The position numbers were made by a program, and so were the translations under genes. This document shows, in pieces, positions 22,591-31,679 of a stretch of 37,783 nt of DNA. The notes under the pieces were generated by a model, which was not told the DNA's origin, made no database searches, and saw nothing but the letters and a program-made list of their open reading frames with translations. How positions within the stretch are numbered: position 1 is the stretch's first letter; every line of letters starts with the position of its first letter. The stretch spans positions 1 to 37,783 of IMG/VR virus record IMGVR_UViG_3300019124_000018. One strand, written 5' to 3'. Source of the stretch: a virus.

Positions 22591-24078
22591 ATGCGTCTCG
22601 CCTTCTGGCGCAAGCCGGCCGACCCGCCCCAGGTCGAGCGCCGGGCGCCCGTCTTCACCCGCCCTCCGCAGCGCCGCGGCTTCGCCGCCGCCGATACCGG
22701 ACGGCTGTTCGGCGACTGGGGCACGACCGTGCGCACGGCTGACGCCGACCTGCGGCGCGGCCTGCGGGCGCTGCGGGTCCGGTCCCGCGACCTGTCCGTC
22801 AACAACCCCTTCGCCGCGCGCTTCATCGACATGGTGAAGAGCAACGTGGTGGGCCCGCGCGGGATCATGCTGCAGGTCCGCGCGAAGGATGAGCGCGGCG
22901 TGCTGGACAAGATGGCGAACGACGCCATCGAGGCCGCCTGGGAGGAGTTCCAACGCGCCCGCAACTTCAGCGTCTGCGGCACGCTGACCGGCGTCGACGG
23001 GCAGCGCCTGTTCATCGAGAGCGTGGCGCGCGATGGCGAGATGCTGGTGGTGATGGCGGACAACCCGCGCTCCCGCTTCGGTTTCAGCCTGCAGTTCATC
23101 GAGGCCGACCATCTGGACGAGGACCAGCGCGATTACGGCCGCAACCGCATCGACATGGGGGTGGAGTACGAGCCGGACACCCGCCGGCCCGTCGCCTATC
23201 ACATCCTGACCACCCACCCGGGCGAGGACACCTACACCTATGCCGGTCGGAAGTACCGCCGGGTGCCGGCCGACCGGGTGCTGCACTGCTTCGTCCGGCG
23301 GCGCCGGTCGCAGTCGCGGGGCTATCCCTGGCTGACGCCGGCGATGACCCGCCTGCAGATGCTGGGCGGCTACGAGGAGGCCGAGCTGGTCGCGGCGCGC
23401 ACCGCCGCCTCCAAGATGGGCTTCTTCACCAGCGAGAGCGGGGAGGACTACCAGGGCGACGGCAAGGATGCCGAGGGCGTCACCGTCACCGAGGCGTCGC
23501 CGGGCACCTTCGAGCAGCTGCCCACCAACGTCAGCTTCCAGGCGTTCGACCCGCAGCACCCGACGCAGGCCTTCCCCTTCTTCGTGAAGGCCATGCTGCG
23601 TGGCATCGCCTCGGGCATCGGCGTCAGCTACTGCGGCTTGGCCAACGACCTGGAGGGCGTGAACTACAGCTCCATCCGCCAGGGCGCACTCGATGAGCGC
23701 GACCAGTGGCGGACGCTGCAGGGCTGGATGATCGACAACTTCCTGCGCCCGGTCTTCGAGGCGTGGCTGGTCCGGGCCCTGGCGTCCGGCGCCCTGAACC
23801 TGCCGCCGCGCAAGTTCGAGAAGTTCAACCGCCCGGTCTTCATCGCCCGGGGCTGGCAGTGGGTGGACCCGCTGAAGGAAGTCGAGGCCAACAAGGCCGC
23901 CGTGCGCGCTGGCTTCACCAGCCGCGAGACGGTGGTGGCGGCGATGGGCGTGGACCTGGCCGACCTGGACCAGCAGCTGCAGGCGGAAAACCTGCAGGCC
24001 ACCGCCCTGGGGCTGGTGCTGGACACGCTGCCCAGCCAGGACGCGGCGCGGCTGCTGAAGGCCGAGCCGGAACAGTAA
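22591..24078 (+). CDS. Portal protein, lambda (gpB) family
   Basis: RSRDLSVNNPFAARFIDMVKSNVVGPRGIMLQ pattern. 495 aa. Position after TerL/W. Confidence 0.8.
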   Translation: MRLAFWRKPADPPQVERRAPVFTRPPQRRGFAAADTGRLFGDWGTTVRTADADLRRGLRALRVRSRDLSVNNPFAARFIDMVKSNVVGPRGIMLQVRAKDERGVLDKMANDAIEAAWEEFQRARNFSVCGTLTGVDGQRLFIESVARDGEMLVVMADNPRSRFGFSLQFIEADHLDEDQRDYGRNRIDMGVEYEPDTRRPVAYHILTTHPGEDTYTYAGRKYRRVPADRVLHCFVRRRRSQSRGYPWLTPAMTRLQMLGGYEEAELVAARTAASKMGFFTSESGEDYQGDGKDAEGVTVTEASPGTFEQLPTNVSFQAFDPQHPTQAFPFFVKAMLRGIASGIGVSYCGLANDLEGVNYSSIRQGALDERDQWRTLQGWMIDNFLRPVFEAWLVRALASGALNLPPRKFEKFNRPVFIARGWQWVDPLKEVEANKAAVRAGFTSRETVVAAMGVDLADLDQQLQAENLQATALGLVLDTLPSQDAARLLKAEPEQ

Positions 24079-24091
24079 GGGACCTACAGAC

Positions 24092-25918
24092 ATGACGACG
24101 ATCAACGGTGCGCGCTACCAGCGCGCGGCGACGTTCGACCGTGCCCGCGTCGATGCCGAGGCGCGCACCGTCGAGCTTTCCTTCAGCAGCGAGGCGCCGG
24201 TGGAGCGCTGGTTCGGCACGGAGGTGCTGAGCCACGACACGGGCGCCATCGAGCTGGACCGGCTGCGGGGTGGCGCCCCGCTGCTGTTCAACCACGACCG
24301 CGATCAGGTGATCGGCGTCGTGGAGAGTGCCGAGATCGGCGACGACCGCAAGGGGCGGGCCGTCGTGCGCTTCGGGAGAGGCGCACTGGCCGAGGACAAG
24401 TTCCGGGACGTGCAGGACGGCATCCTGCGCAACGTCTCGGTCGGCTACATGATCGACGAGTGGACCGAGGAGAAGTCGTCCGGCGGCGGGAAGCTGATCC
24501 GGGCGACGCGCTGGACCCCTCTCGAAATCAGCATCGTCAGCATCCCCGCCGACACCTCCGTGGGTGTCGGGCGGTCGGCTGACGCCCACAACGAACCCAC
24601 CCCTGAGAAGAGGAGCCCTGATATGGGTCCGCAGACGACGCCGGAGACCCCGGCCACCCCCGCCGCCGCCCCGGCCGCTCCCGCTGTCCAGCCGTCCGGC
24701 CGCAGCTTGTCCGTCGACCAGGACATCATTGCCCTGGGCGAGCTGGTCGGCCAGCGCGCCCTCGCGCTGGAGGCCGTCGCCAACGGCCGCAGCCTGGACG
24801 AATTCCGCGCCATGCTGCGCCAGCGCGCTCCGGCCATCCCGCCGGTCGCCACCGCCGACACGCCGGACATTGGCATGTCGGAGGAGGAGGTACGCCAGTA
24901 CAGCTTCGTGCGCGCCATCAACGCGCTCGTGAACCCCACCAGCCGCGCGGCCCAGGCCGCCGCTCGCTTCGAGTTCGAGGCGTCCGAGGCCGCCGCCCAG
25001 CGTCTCGGCCGCGAGAGCCGCGGCATCACCGTGCCGGCCGAGGTGCTGCGCCACCGCCTGGGCGCCGGCCAGCGCGACCTCAACGTCACCACCGCCGCGG
25101 CGGGTGGCAATCTGGTCGCCACCGACCTGCTGGCTGGCAGCTTCATCGAGCTGCTGCGCAACCGGATCGCCGTCGTCGGCGCTGGCGCCACGCTGATGCA
25201 GGATCTGAACGGCAACCTGGCGATCCCGAAGCAGACGGGCGGCGCGACTGCCTACTGGGTCGCGGAGAGCGGCGCCCCGACCGAGAGCCAAGCGAGTGTC
25301 GGCCAGGTGCCGCTGTCGCCCAAGACGGTCGGCGCCTTCACCGACATCAGCCGCCGGCTGCTGCTGCAGTCGTCCCTCGATGTCGAGGCGCTGGTGCGCC
25401 GCGACCTCGCCGCTGCGCTGGCCTTGGCGATCGACCTCGCCTCGCTGTACGGCACCGGCGCCAGCAACCAGCCGACCGGCCTGACCGGCATCACCGGGCT
25501 GAACGTTGTGGACTTCGCCACGGCCAACCAGCCGACCTTCGCCGAGATCGTGCAGATGGAGAGCGAGATCGCGTCGGACAACGCCGACACGGGCTCGATG
25601 AACTACCTCTTCAACTCCACCATGCGCGGCTACCTGAAGACGGCGCCGAAGTTCGGCTCGGGCACCGAGGCGACCATCTGGGAGCCGGGCAACACCGTGA
25701 ACGGCTACGGCACGCGCGTCACCAACCAGGTCGCCGCCGGCGATGCCTGGTTCGGCGTCTGGGCCAACCTGCTGATCGGTATGTGGGGCGGCCTCGACCT
25801 GATGGCCGAGGGCATCACCCAGGCCACCAGCGGCACCGTCCGTGTCGTCGCCCTGCAGGACGTGGATGTGGCGTGCCGCCACGCCCAGTCCTTCAGCCGC
25901 GGCTACGCCGTCCCCTGA
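24092..25918 (+). CDS. Fused HK97-type prohead protease (S78/U35) and HK97-fold major capsid protein (608 aa)
   Basis: N-terminal LLFNHDRDQVIGV, NVSVGY and LEISIVSIPAD protease motifs. The C-terminal ~330 aa show the Phage_capsid-like pattern (AAAGGNLVATDL...LSPKTVGAFTDISRRLL...LYGTGASNQPTGL). Confidence 0.8.
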   Translation: MTTINGARYQRAATFDRARVDAEARTVELSFSSEAPVERWFGTEVLSHDTGAIELDRLRGGAPLLFNHDRDQVIGVVESAEIGDDRKGRAVVRFGRGALAEDKFRDVQDGILRNVSVGYMIDEWTEEKSSGGGKLIRATRWTPLEISIVSIPADTSVGVGRSADAHNEPTPEKRSPDMGPQTTPETPATPAAAPAAPAVQPSGRSLSVDQDIIALGELVGQRALALEAVANGRSLDEFRAMLRQRAPAIPPVATADTPDIGMSEEEVRQYSFVRAINALVNPTSRAAQAAARFEFEASEAAAQRLGRESRGITVPAEVLRHRLGAGQRDLNVTTAAAGGNLVATDLLAGSFIELLRNRIAVVGAGATLMQDLNGNLAIPKQTGGATAYWVAESGAPTESQASVGQVPLSPKTVGAFTDISRRLLLQSSLDVEALVRRDLAAALALAIDLASLYGTGASNQPTGLTGITGLNVVDFATANQPTFAEIVQMESEIASDNADTGSMNYLFNSTMRGYLKTAPKFGSGTEATIWEPGNTVNGYGTRVTNQVAAGDAWFGVWANLLIGMWGGLDLMAEGITQATSGTVRVVALQDVDVACRHAQSFSRGYAVP

Positions 25919-25933
25919 TCCACCCCTAACGCA

Positions 25934-25957
25934 CGGGCGGGCCTGAGCGCCCGCCCG
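25934..25957 (+). terminator. GC-rich hairpin after the capsid gene (attenuator-like, no U-run)
   Basis: CGGGCGGGC (25934-25942) pairs with GCCCGCCCG (25949-25957), with a 6-nt loop. Confidence 0.4.
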
Positions 25958-25973
25958 ATGCCGGAGAACGAGC

Positions 25974-26141
25974 ATGAAGATCAAGATCGTGAAGACCACC
26001 GTCTGTGGCGGCGTGACGGTGAAGGCCGGCAAGACCGTCGAGGCGACCGACGAGGACGCGAAGGAACTGCTGCGCGTCGGCAAGGCCGTCGCCATCGGCG
26101 GCAAGGCCAAGGACGCCGAGACGGGCGCCGAGGCCGCCTAA
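25974..26141 (+). CDS. Small head-module protein (55 aa, MKIKIVKTTVCGGVTVKAGK...)
   Basis: Not in the ORF track. GGAGAA 7 nt upstream. TAATG coupling to the next gene. Confidence 0.5.
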   Translation: MKIKIVKTTVCGGVTVKAGKTVEATDEDAKELLRVGKAVAIGGKAKDAETGAEAA

Positions 26142-26449
26142 TGCCGCTCAACCTCGACGCCGACTTGGCCGCGATCCTCTCGACGGGGGAGTTCGCGGTG
26201 ACCGCGACCTACCAGCCGTCCAGCGGGCCGGCCAGGACGGTGCGGGGCATCTTCGACAGCGCCTATCAGCTGGCCGACCCCGGTGCCTACACCGGGGTCG
26301 CGTCGGCCGAGCCGGCCTTCACCTGCCGATCGTCGGACGTGTCCGGCGCCCGGCAGGGCGAGGCGCTGACGGTGAACGGCACGACCTACCGCATCCGCAC
26401 GCCGCAGCCGGACGGCACCGGCGTGACGGTGCTGATGCTCGGCACCTGA
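26141..26449 (+). CDS. Head-tail connector, lambda gpFII-like
   Basis: VRGIFDSAY...GEALTVNGTTYRIRTPQPDGTGVTVLML parallels lambda FII (IRGVFDD...GDTLTIGEENFWVDRVSPDDGGSCHLWL). Confidence 0.65.
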   Translation: MPLNLDADLAAILSTGEFAVTATYQPSSGPARTVRGIFDSAYQLADPGAYTGVASAEPAFTCRSSDVSGARQGEALTVNGTTYRIRTPQPDGTGVTVLMLGT

Positions 26450-26463
26450 CCGGAGGCATCCCC

Positions 26464-26934
26464 ATGCCGCATGTCCGCAAGCAGCTGCGGGACGCGATCC
26501 GCGCCCGCATCACCGGCCTCTCCACCACCGGGAGCAAGGTCTATGACGCCCCGTCCGATCCCATCCCGCCCACGGAACTGCCGGCTCTGGCGCTCTACCT
26601 GCTGTCCGAGACGGCCGAGACCACGACCAAGAACCGGCAGCAGGAGCGGGTGCTGGAGATTCGGATCGAGGCGCTGGCGGCCTACCGCTCCCCCTTGGCG
26701 GGCGAGGTCAACGCCACCGCCGACGAGCTCGACCAGATGGCCGCCGAAATCGAGGCCGCCCTGGCCGGCGACCTGACGTTCGGCAGCCTGGTCCGGGACG
26801 TGCAGTTCCAGGGCACCGAGATCGACTTCACCCCCGACGGGCAGAGCCAGACCGCCATGGCGCGGCTGCGCTTCAGCCTGACCTACGACACACGCGAAGG
26901 CCAGCCGGAGACGGTTCTGGCCGCAGAGGAGTGA
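26464..26934 (+). CDS. Tail terminator/completion protein (gpU-like)
   Basis: The LPALALYLLSE...LEIRIEA...ARLRFSLTYD pattern parallels lambda U. Position before the major tail gene. GGAGG upstream. Confidence 0.55.
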   Translation: MPHVRKQLRDAIRARITGLSTTGSKVYDAPSDPIPPTELPALALYLLSETAETTTKNRQQERVLEIRIEALAAYRSPLAGEVNATADELDQMAAEIEAALAGDLTFGSLVRDVQFQGTEIDFTPDGQSQTAMARLRFSLTYDTREGQPETVLAAEE

Positions 26935-26938
26935 CACC

Positions 26939-27343
26939 ATGGCCCAAAAGGGACGCGACTTCGTGCTGAAGGTCGGCACCGCCGCCGCCGGCACCGTGCT
27001 GGCGGCGATGCGCACCACCAGCTTCAGCATCAATGGCGAGATGGTGGACATCACCACCAAGGACGACAATGGCTGGCGCAAGCTGCTGGACGGCGCGGGC
27101 GTCTCCAGCATGCAGATCCAGGCATCGGGCATCCTCTCCGGCGCCGCCTCGCATTTCACGCTGATGCAGGCGGTCGGCAGCCGCACCATCGCCACCTACT
27201 CCGTGGTGTTCGACGGCGGCGACACGATCGAGGGCAGCTTCCAGCCCACCAGCTTCGAGGCGTCGGGCGAGCACAACGGCGTGCAGACCTACACGCTGAC
27301 GCTGGAGAGCAGCGGCCAGCCCACCTTCAGCGCGGCTACCTGA
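26939..27343 (+). CDS. Major tail protein (TP901-1/GTA Phage_tail_2 type)
   Basis: GRDFVLKVG...SFSINGEMVDITTKDDNGWRKLLDG...QASGI, the hallmark pattern of this family. Confidence 0.8.
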   Translation: MAQKGRDFVLKVGTAAAGTVLAAMRTTSFSINGEMVDITTKDDNGWRKLLDGAGVSSMQIQASGILSGAASHFTLMQAVGSRTIATYSVVFDGGDTIEGSFQPTSFEASGEHNGVQTYTLTLESSGQPTFSAAT

Positions 27344-27345
27344 CC

Positions 27346-27693
27346 ATGGCGAACCCGCATCGTGGCGAAGTGGAGGTCTCGCTGGGTGGCGAGACCTTCA
27401 TCCTGCGGCCGACCTTCGAGGCGCTGGCCGAGATCGAGAAGGCCACCGGCTTGGGCCTGGTGCCCTTCGCCACCAAGATCACGACAGGCAGCTACGGCGT
27501 GCTGGACGTGTTCACGGTGCTGAAGGCCGGCATCCGCGCCGGCGGGCGCGAGCCGCCGAAGGATCTGGGGCAGCGCATCGTGGAGGAGGGGCTGATCCGC
27601 CTTTCCGACGGGGTCCTGAACTTCCTGACCCAGGCGCTGGACGGCGGCTCCAAGGGGGCGCCGGGAAAAGCCGAGGCGGCGCCGGAAGCCTAG
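27346..27693 (+). CDS. Tail assembly chaperone (G-like; GTA-type TAC)
   Basis: GEVEVSLGGETFILRPTFEALAEIEKATG pattern. Position between the major tail and tape measure genes. Confidence 0.7.
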   Translation: MANPHRGEVEVSLGGETFILRPTFEALAEIEKATGLGLVPFATKITTGSYGVLDVFTVLKAGIRAGGREPPKDLGQRIVEEGLIRLSDGVLNFLTQALDGGSKGAPGKAEAAPEA

Positions 27694-27929
27694 AGGTTCC
27701 CTGGCGCCGCTACATGCAGATCGGCATGGGCATCCTGGAATGGGAGCCCGACGCCTTCTGGCGGTCCACCCCCCACGACCTGTTTGCCGGGCTGGACGGG
27801 TGGATGGAGAAGAATGGTGTGAAGGGGGGCGGCACCGACGGGCTCAGCGCCGCCGATGTCGAGGCGTTGCAGGCGCTGCTGGACCAGGATCAGTCGGGAG
27901 CAACCCCGGGGAGCTTGTCGTCGAGGTAG
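27346..27929 (+). CDS. Tail assembly chaperone frameshift product (GT-like), -1 shift at 27663-27669
   Basis: The -1 frame is open from the slippery site into the 27714 ORF. The conserved PW...FW...TP..L segment starts upstream of the first ATG of that ORF. Confidence 0.6.
27663..27669 (+). promoter_or_regulatory. -1 programmed ribosomal frameshift slippery heptamer G_GGA_AAA
   Basis: In-frame X_XXY_YYZ heptamer 22 nt before the G-like stop. Lambda G/GT uses G_GGA_AAG. Confidence 0.6.
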
Positions 27930-28354
27930 ACCTTCGCCTCCTGGATCGTGGCGAAGTGCTTGCCGTCCACTCGGGCAGCGCCCGACGGGCTGTACCAGAT
28001 GTTCCGGCCGCGGTGCTTGACCATGCTCTCCTGCTCAACCGGCAGGCGCGGGCGGTGAGCGGAAGGTTCGGTCATCTGGGCGGCGGCCGGAACCGTGCTC
28101 CCAGTCCTCGCCCGTAGCCCTTCGACCACCCGCTCGAAGCCCAGCAGCAGCACGCCGGCAATCAGGCTGAACCCGCCCGTAGCGATCAGGTTCGCCTTGG
28201 TCGCCAGTTGGTGCAGGTTGGCGACCGGGTTGCGCATCTCGCCCAGCAGCCCAGCGGCGCGCAAGTCATCCGGGGAAGCCGCAGGGCTGAGCAGCCAGCC
28301 CGCCAGGATCAGAGCCGCTCCGGCTACCGCCAGTAAGTACCCCACCGCGCGCAT
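27890..28354 (-). CDS. Reverse-strand 2-TM membrane protein with a small C-terminal soluble domain (154 aa); moron
   Basis: GGTGGAGG upstream of the ATG at 28354. TM segments AVGYLLAVAGAALILAGWLL and LIATGGFSLIAGVLLLGF. Convergent 40-nt overlap with the chaperone ORF. Confidence 0.65.
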   Translation of the reverse strand: MRAVGYLLAVAGAALILAGWLLSPAASPDDLRAAGLLGEMRNPVANLHQLATKANLIATGGFSLIAGVLLLGFERVVEGLRARTGSTVPAAAQMTEPSAHRPRLPVEQESMVKHRGRNIWYSPSGAARVDGKHFATIQEAKVYLDDKLPGVAPD

Positions 28355-28395
28355 TGTCGCCTCCACCTGATCGCCACGCGATAGGGAACGCCCGA

Positions 28396-30024
28396 ATGGC
28401 ACAACTTGACAAGCTCCTGATCGAGATCACGGCCAAGACCGACGGTCTGAAGGCCGCGCTGGACGAGATGGACCGCCGGATGGCGACCTCCACCCAACGC
28501 AGCACCGCGGCTGTGCAGCGGCTTGGCGGGGCGGTCGCCAACGAGAACCGGCGCGTCGGCGTCGACATGGCGAACCTCTCGCACCAGATCCAGGACATCG
28601 GAACTCAGCTTGCCAGCGGTACCAGCCCGTTCGTCGTGCTGGTCCAGCAGGGGCCCCACGTCCTGCACGCCCTGGGTGGCGTTTCTGAGAGCCTGCGGCT
28701 GGCGCGCGAGGGGCTGACGGCCCTAGGTGCTGTGATCGCAGCGCACCCGATTACCGCACTGGCCGGCGCCGCCGCCGCCGCAGCGGTGGCGTTCTTGCTG
28801 CTGGCCGATCACACCGACACGACCGAGAAGGCGATGACCGCCTATCAGAAGGCGGTGGACGAGAGCAACAAGCTGCTGAAGACGCAGGTGGAACTGACGC
28901 GAGAGGCGGCCGAGGCCAAGCGCAAGGAGGCGCTGGAGACAGTTAAGCTCGCTGAGGCGGAGATCCAAGCCTATCGCGCCCGGCTGGTCTCCAGCCAGGA
29001 GACCACCGGTAAGCTGCTGTCCACCGTGCAACGTAACCGCCAGCAGGGCCGGCTGACGGGGGCCAACGGCCAAGAGGTCGAGCTGCGGCTGCAGATGCAG
29101 ACCCGCATCATCGAGAAGCTGATCGCGGACGCCGACAAGCGCTTGGCGGATTTGAACGCCCGTCGCGATGGACTGAACAACCCTCGGGCGGAAAGCGTGC
29201 TGGGGCAGCAGCTCGGTGGCGGCGGGAGCCGGAAGGCGGCCGATGACCTGAAGGACATCGGCGAACTGGTCCGCGATGGCGATCTGGCGGCGGAGATCGA
29301 GGAAGTCGGCGCCGCGCTCGAGGAAAGCCTTGCCGCTGGCGAGGCGGCATGGGCTCCGCTGGAGAAGATGTTCGAGGAGGGGCGCCGCTTGGCTGAGCGC
29401 ACGCGCACTCCCTTCGAGGAATACGCCGACACGCTGAAGCGGCTTCAGGAACTGTACTCGGTTGGCGCCATCGATGTGGAGACCTACGGGCGGGCGGCCG
29501 AGGAGGCGGCGCGGCGGCTGGAGAACGCGGGCGAGCAGAGCAAGGGGCTGAAGGATGCGGCCAACGACCTCGGCTACACCTTCAGCAGCGCGTTCGAGGA
29601 CGCCATCCTGTCCGGCCAGAAGCTGTCCGAGGTCCTGCAGGGGCTGGCGGAGGACATCGCCCGGGTGATGATCCGCCGGGCGATCACCGAGCCGATCGGA
29701 AATGCCATCTCCGGCGCCATCTCGGGCGCGTTCGGCGGCCCGGTTCCCGCCGGCGCCGCCCTGGGCGGGCCGGTCGCCGCCGGCGTGCCTTACCTCGTGG
29801 GGGAACACGGCCGCGAGATGTTCGTGCCGCGCACGGCCGGCAGCATCGTCCCGTCCAACAAGCTGGGTGGGCCGCGCGTCACCGTGCAGATGACCAACCA
29901 TTTCGGCGTCGGCGTGAACCAGGCGGCGCGCGCCGAGATCATGAGCCTGATGCCGCAGCTGAACGCCGCCGCCGTGGCGGCGGTCGAGCGCGCCCAGCGC
30001 CGCTCGGGCGGCACCCGCTTCTGA
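28396..30024 (+). CDS. Tail tape measure protein (542 aa)
   Basis: Long coiled-coil-rich protein. C-terminal GVPYLVGEHGREMFVPRTAGSIVP motif typical of tape measure proteins. Confidence 0.8.
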   Translation: MAQLDKLLIEITAKTDGLKAALDEMDRRMATSTQRSTAAVQRLGGAVANENRRVGVDMANLSHQIQDIGTQLASGTSPFVVLVQQGPHVLHALGGVSESLRLAREGLTALGAVIAAHPITALAGAAAAAAVAFLLLADHTDTTEKAMTAYQKAVDESNKLLKTQVELTREAAEAKRKEALETVKLAEAEIQAYRARLVSSQETTGKLLSTVQRNRQQGRLTGANGQEVELRLQMQTRIIEKLIADADKRLADLNARRDGLNNPRAESVLGQQLGGGGSRKAADDLKDIGELVRDGDLAAEIEEVGAALEESLAAGEAAWAPLEKMFEEGRRLAERTRTPFEEYADTLKRLQELYSVGAIDVETYGRAAEEAARRLENAGEQSKGLKDAANDLGYTFSSAFEDAILSGQKLSEVLQGLAEDIARVMIRRAITEPIGNAISGAISGAFGGPVPAGAALGGPVAAGVPYLVGEHGREMFVPRTAGSIVPSNKLGGPRVTVQMTNHFGVGVNQAARAEIMSLMPQLNAAAVAAVERAQRRSGGTRF

Positions 30025-30031
30025 GGCCCCC

Positions 30032-30652
30032 ATGGCGATCACCTATCCGCTCAGCCTGCCGACCGAGCCCAGCTTCCGCACCAGCACGTTCCGGCTGGAA
30101 CGGGCGGTGGGCGTCAGCGTCAGCCCCTTCACCGGCCGGGAGCAGGTCTATCTGCACCAGGGCGCCTGGTGGGAGGCGGAGCTGACGCTGCCGCCCATGT
30201 CCAAAGCTCAGGCGCGGGCCTGGATCGCCTTCATGGTCTCCTGCCGGGGGCGTTCGGGAACCTTCCTGATGGGGGACCCGGACGGCGCATCGCCGCAGGG
30301 TGCCGGGGCGCAACCCGGGTCGATCCCTTATGCCGCCGGCGGGCAGACCGGCACCTCCATCGCGAGCTACGGCTGGAAGCCCAGCGCCTACGCCATGCGG
30401 GCTGGCGACTATTTCCAGCTGGGCACCGGCGCTTCGGCCCGGCTGCACATGTGCGTGCAGGACAGCCCCACGGATCCGTCGGGCGGCACCTTCCTGACCT
30501 TCGAGCCGCCGCTGCGCGAGGCCACGACCGTGAACCAGCCCATCTACATCGACAATCCGCGCGGCGTGTTCCGCCTGGTCTCCAAGGCCGAATGGGGCGT
30601 GGACGAGATGTCCCGCTTCGGCATCACCCTGGCCGTCCGGGAGGCCCTGTAA
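30032..30652 (+). CDS. Minor tail protein (distal-tail position)
   Basis: Follows the tape measure gene. No specific motif claimed. Confidence 0.5.
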   Translation: MAITYPLSLPTEPSFRTSTFRLERAVGVSVSPFTGREQVYLHQGAWWEAELTLPPMSKAQARAWIAFMVSCRGRSGTFLMGDPDGASPQGAGAQPGSIPYAAGGQTGTSIASYGWKPSAYAMRAGDYFQLGTGASARLHMCVQDSPTDPSGGTFLTFEPPLREATTVNQPIYIDNPRGVFRLVSKAEWGVDEMSRFGITLAVREAL

Positions 30653-31275
30653 TGGCGCGGCAGCTGACGACCGCCCTTGAGGCGGCGACCCTGGCGCCGG
30701 TGGTGCGGCCCGCGCTGCTCGTGGGGCTGGACTTCGCCTCGGGGCCCCTGCGGCTGTGGAGCGGCATCGGCAAGCTGACCTGGGCGGGCAACGACTATCT
30801 TGGCGCCGGCCAGCTTCTGGCCGTTGCCCCCGCGACCGAAACACAGGGGCTGTCGGCGGAGGGCGCCACCCTCGCGCTGTCCGGCATCCCGGCGGAGCTG
30901 CTGTCGATCGCATTGGCCGAAGCCTACCAGGGCCGCAGCGCCAAGGTGTGGCTGGCCGCCTTCGATCTATCCGGGGCGCTGGTCGCGGACCCCTATCTGA
31001 TCTTCGACGGACGCATGGACGTGATGACCATCGACGAGGCGGGGGAGACCTCCACCATCTCCGTCACGGCCGAGAGCCGGCTGATCGACCTGGAGCGCCC
31101 GCGCGAGCGCCGCTACACGGACGAGGACCAGCGCATCGAGTACCCCGACGACGCCGGGTGCGAGTTCGTCGCCGGCTTGGCGGATGCTGAGATCACCTGG
31201 GGCCGCAAGGGCGCGGTGTCCGGAGCCGGCGGCGGGCGCGGCGGCAACGGCGATTTCAATCAGGTGCTGCAATGA
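30652..31275 (+). CDS. Minor tail / tail-tip assembly protein (DUF2163-like pattern)
   Basis: Start at MARQLTT (TAATG coupling). Assigned by position and a general pattern only. Confidence 0.5.
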   Translation: MARQLTTALEAATLAPVVRPALLVGLDFASGPLRLWSGIGKLTWAGNDYLGAGQLLAVAPATETQGLSAEGATLALSGIPAELLSIALAEAYQGRSAKVWLAAFDLSGALVADPYLIFDGRMDVMTIDEAGETSTISVTAESRLIDLERPRERRYTDEDQRIEYPDDAGCEFVAGLADAEITWGRKGAVSGAGGGRGGNGDFNQVLQ

Positions 31276-31679
31276 CGCGACTGGAGAACTGGCCGTCAAG
31301 GCTGGCGCAGGTGATCGAGGCCGCTTCCGGGCGGCCTTTTTCATGGGGTGACGCCGACTGCTATTGCCTCGCTGGCGACGCCGTGCGGGCGGTGACGGGC
31401 GAAGACCCGATGGCGCCGCACCGGGGCCGCTACCGCACCCGCCAGGGCGCCCTGGCACGCCTGAAGCGCCACGGCTTCAGTGACCTGGCGGGCTTCTGGG
31501 ACGGCCAGTTCCCGAGGCAGCCGAGCGTGCTGGCCGCACGCCGCGGCGACCTCGCCCAGCTGCCCGGCGGCGCCATGGGCGTGGTCGACCTGACGGGCGA
31601 GCGCGTGGTCGGCATCAGCGAGGGCGGTGCCGTCTGTCTGCCGCTCTCTTCGGCGGAAATCGTTTGGAAGGTTGGATGA
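31272..31679 (+). CDS. Tail-associated NlpC/P60-like or DUF6950-like protein
   Basis: PFSWGDADCYCLAGDAVRAVTGED Cys-containing motif. Position before the gpJ-like gene. Confidence 0.45.
   Translation: MTRLENWPSRLAQVIEAASGRPFSWGDADCYCLAGDAVRAVTGEDPMAPHRGRYRTRQGALARLKRHGFSDLAGFWDGQFPRQPSVLAARRGDLAQLPGGAMGVVDLTGERVVGISEGGAVCLPLSSAEIVWKVG

Noticed and set aside
25958-26449. 163-aa ORF starting MPENEHEDQDRED
   Set aside because: Its first 60 codons are an Arg/Gly/Asp-rich off-frame read of the 55-aa gene region. It is better split into 25974-26141 (another frame, with SD) and 26141-26449 (FII-like).
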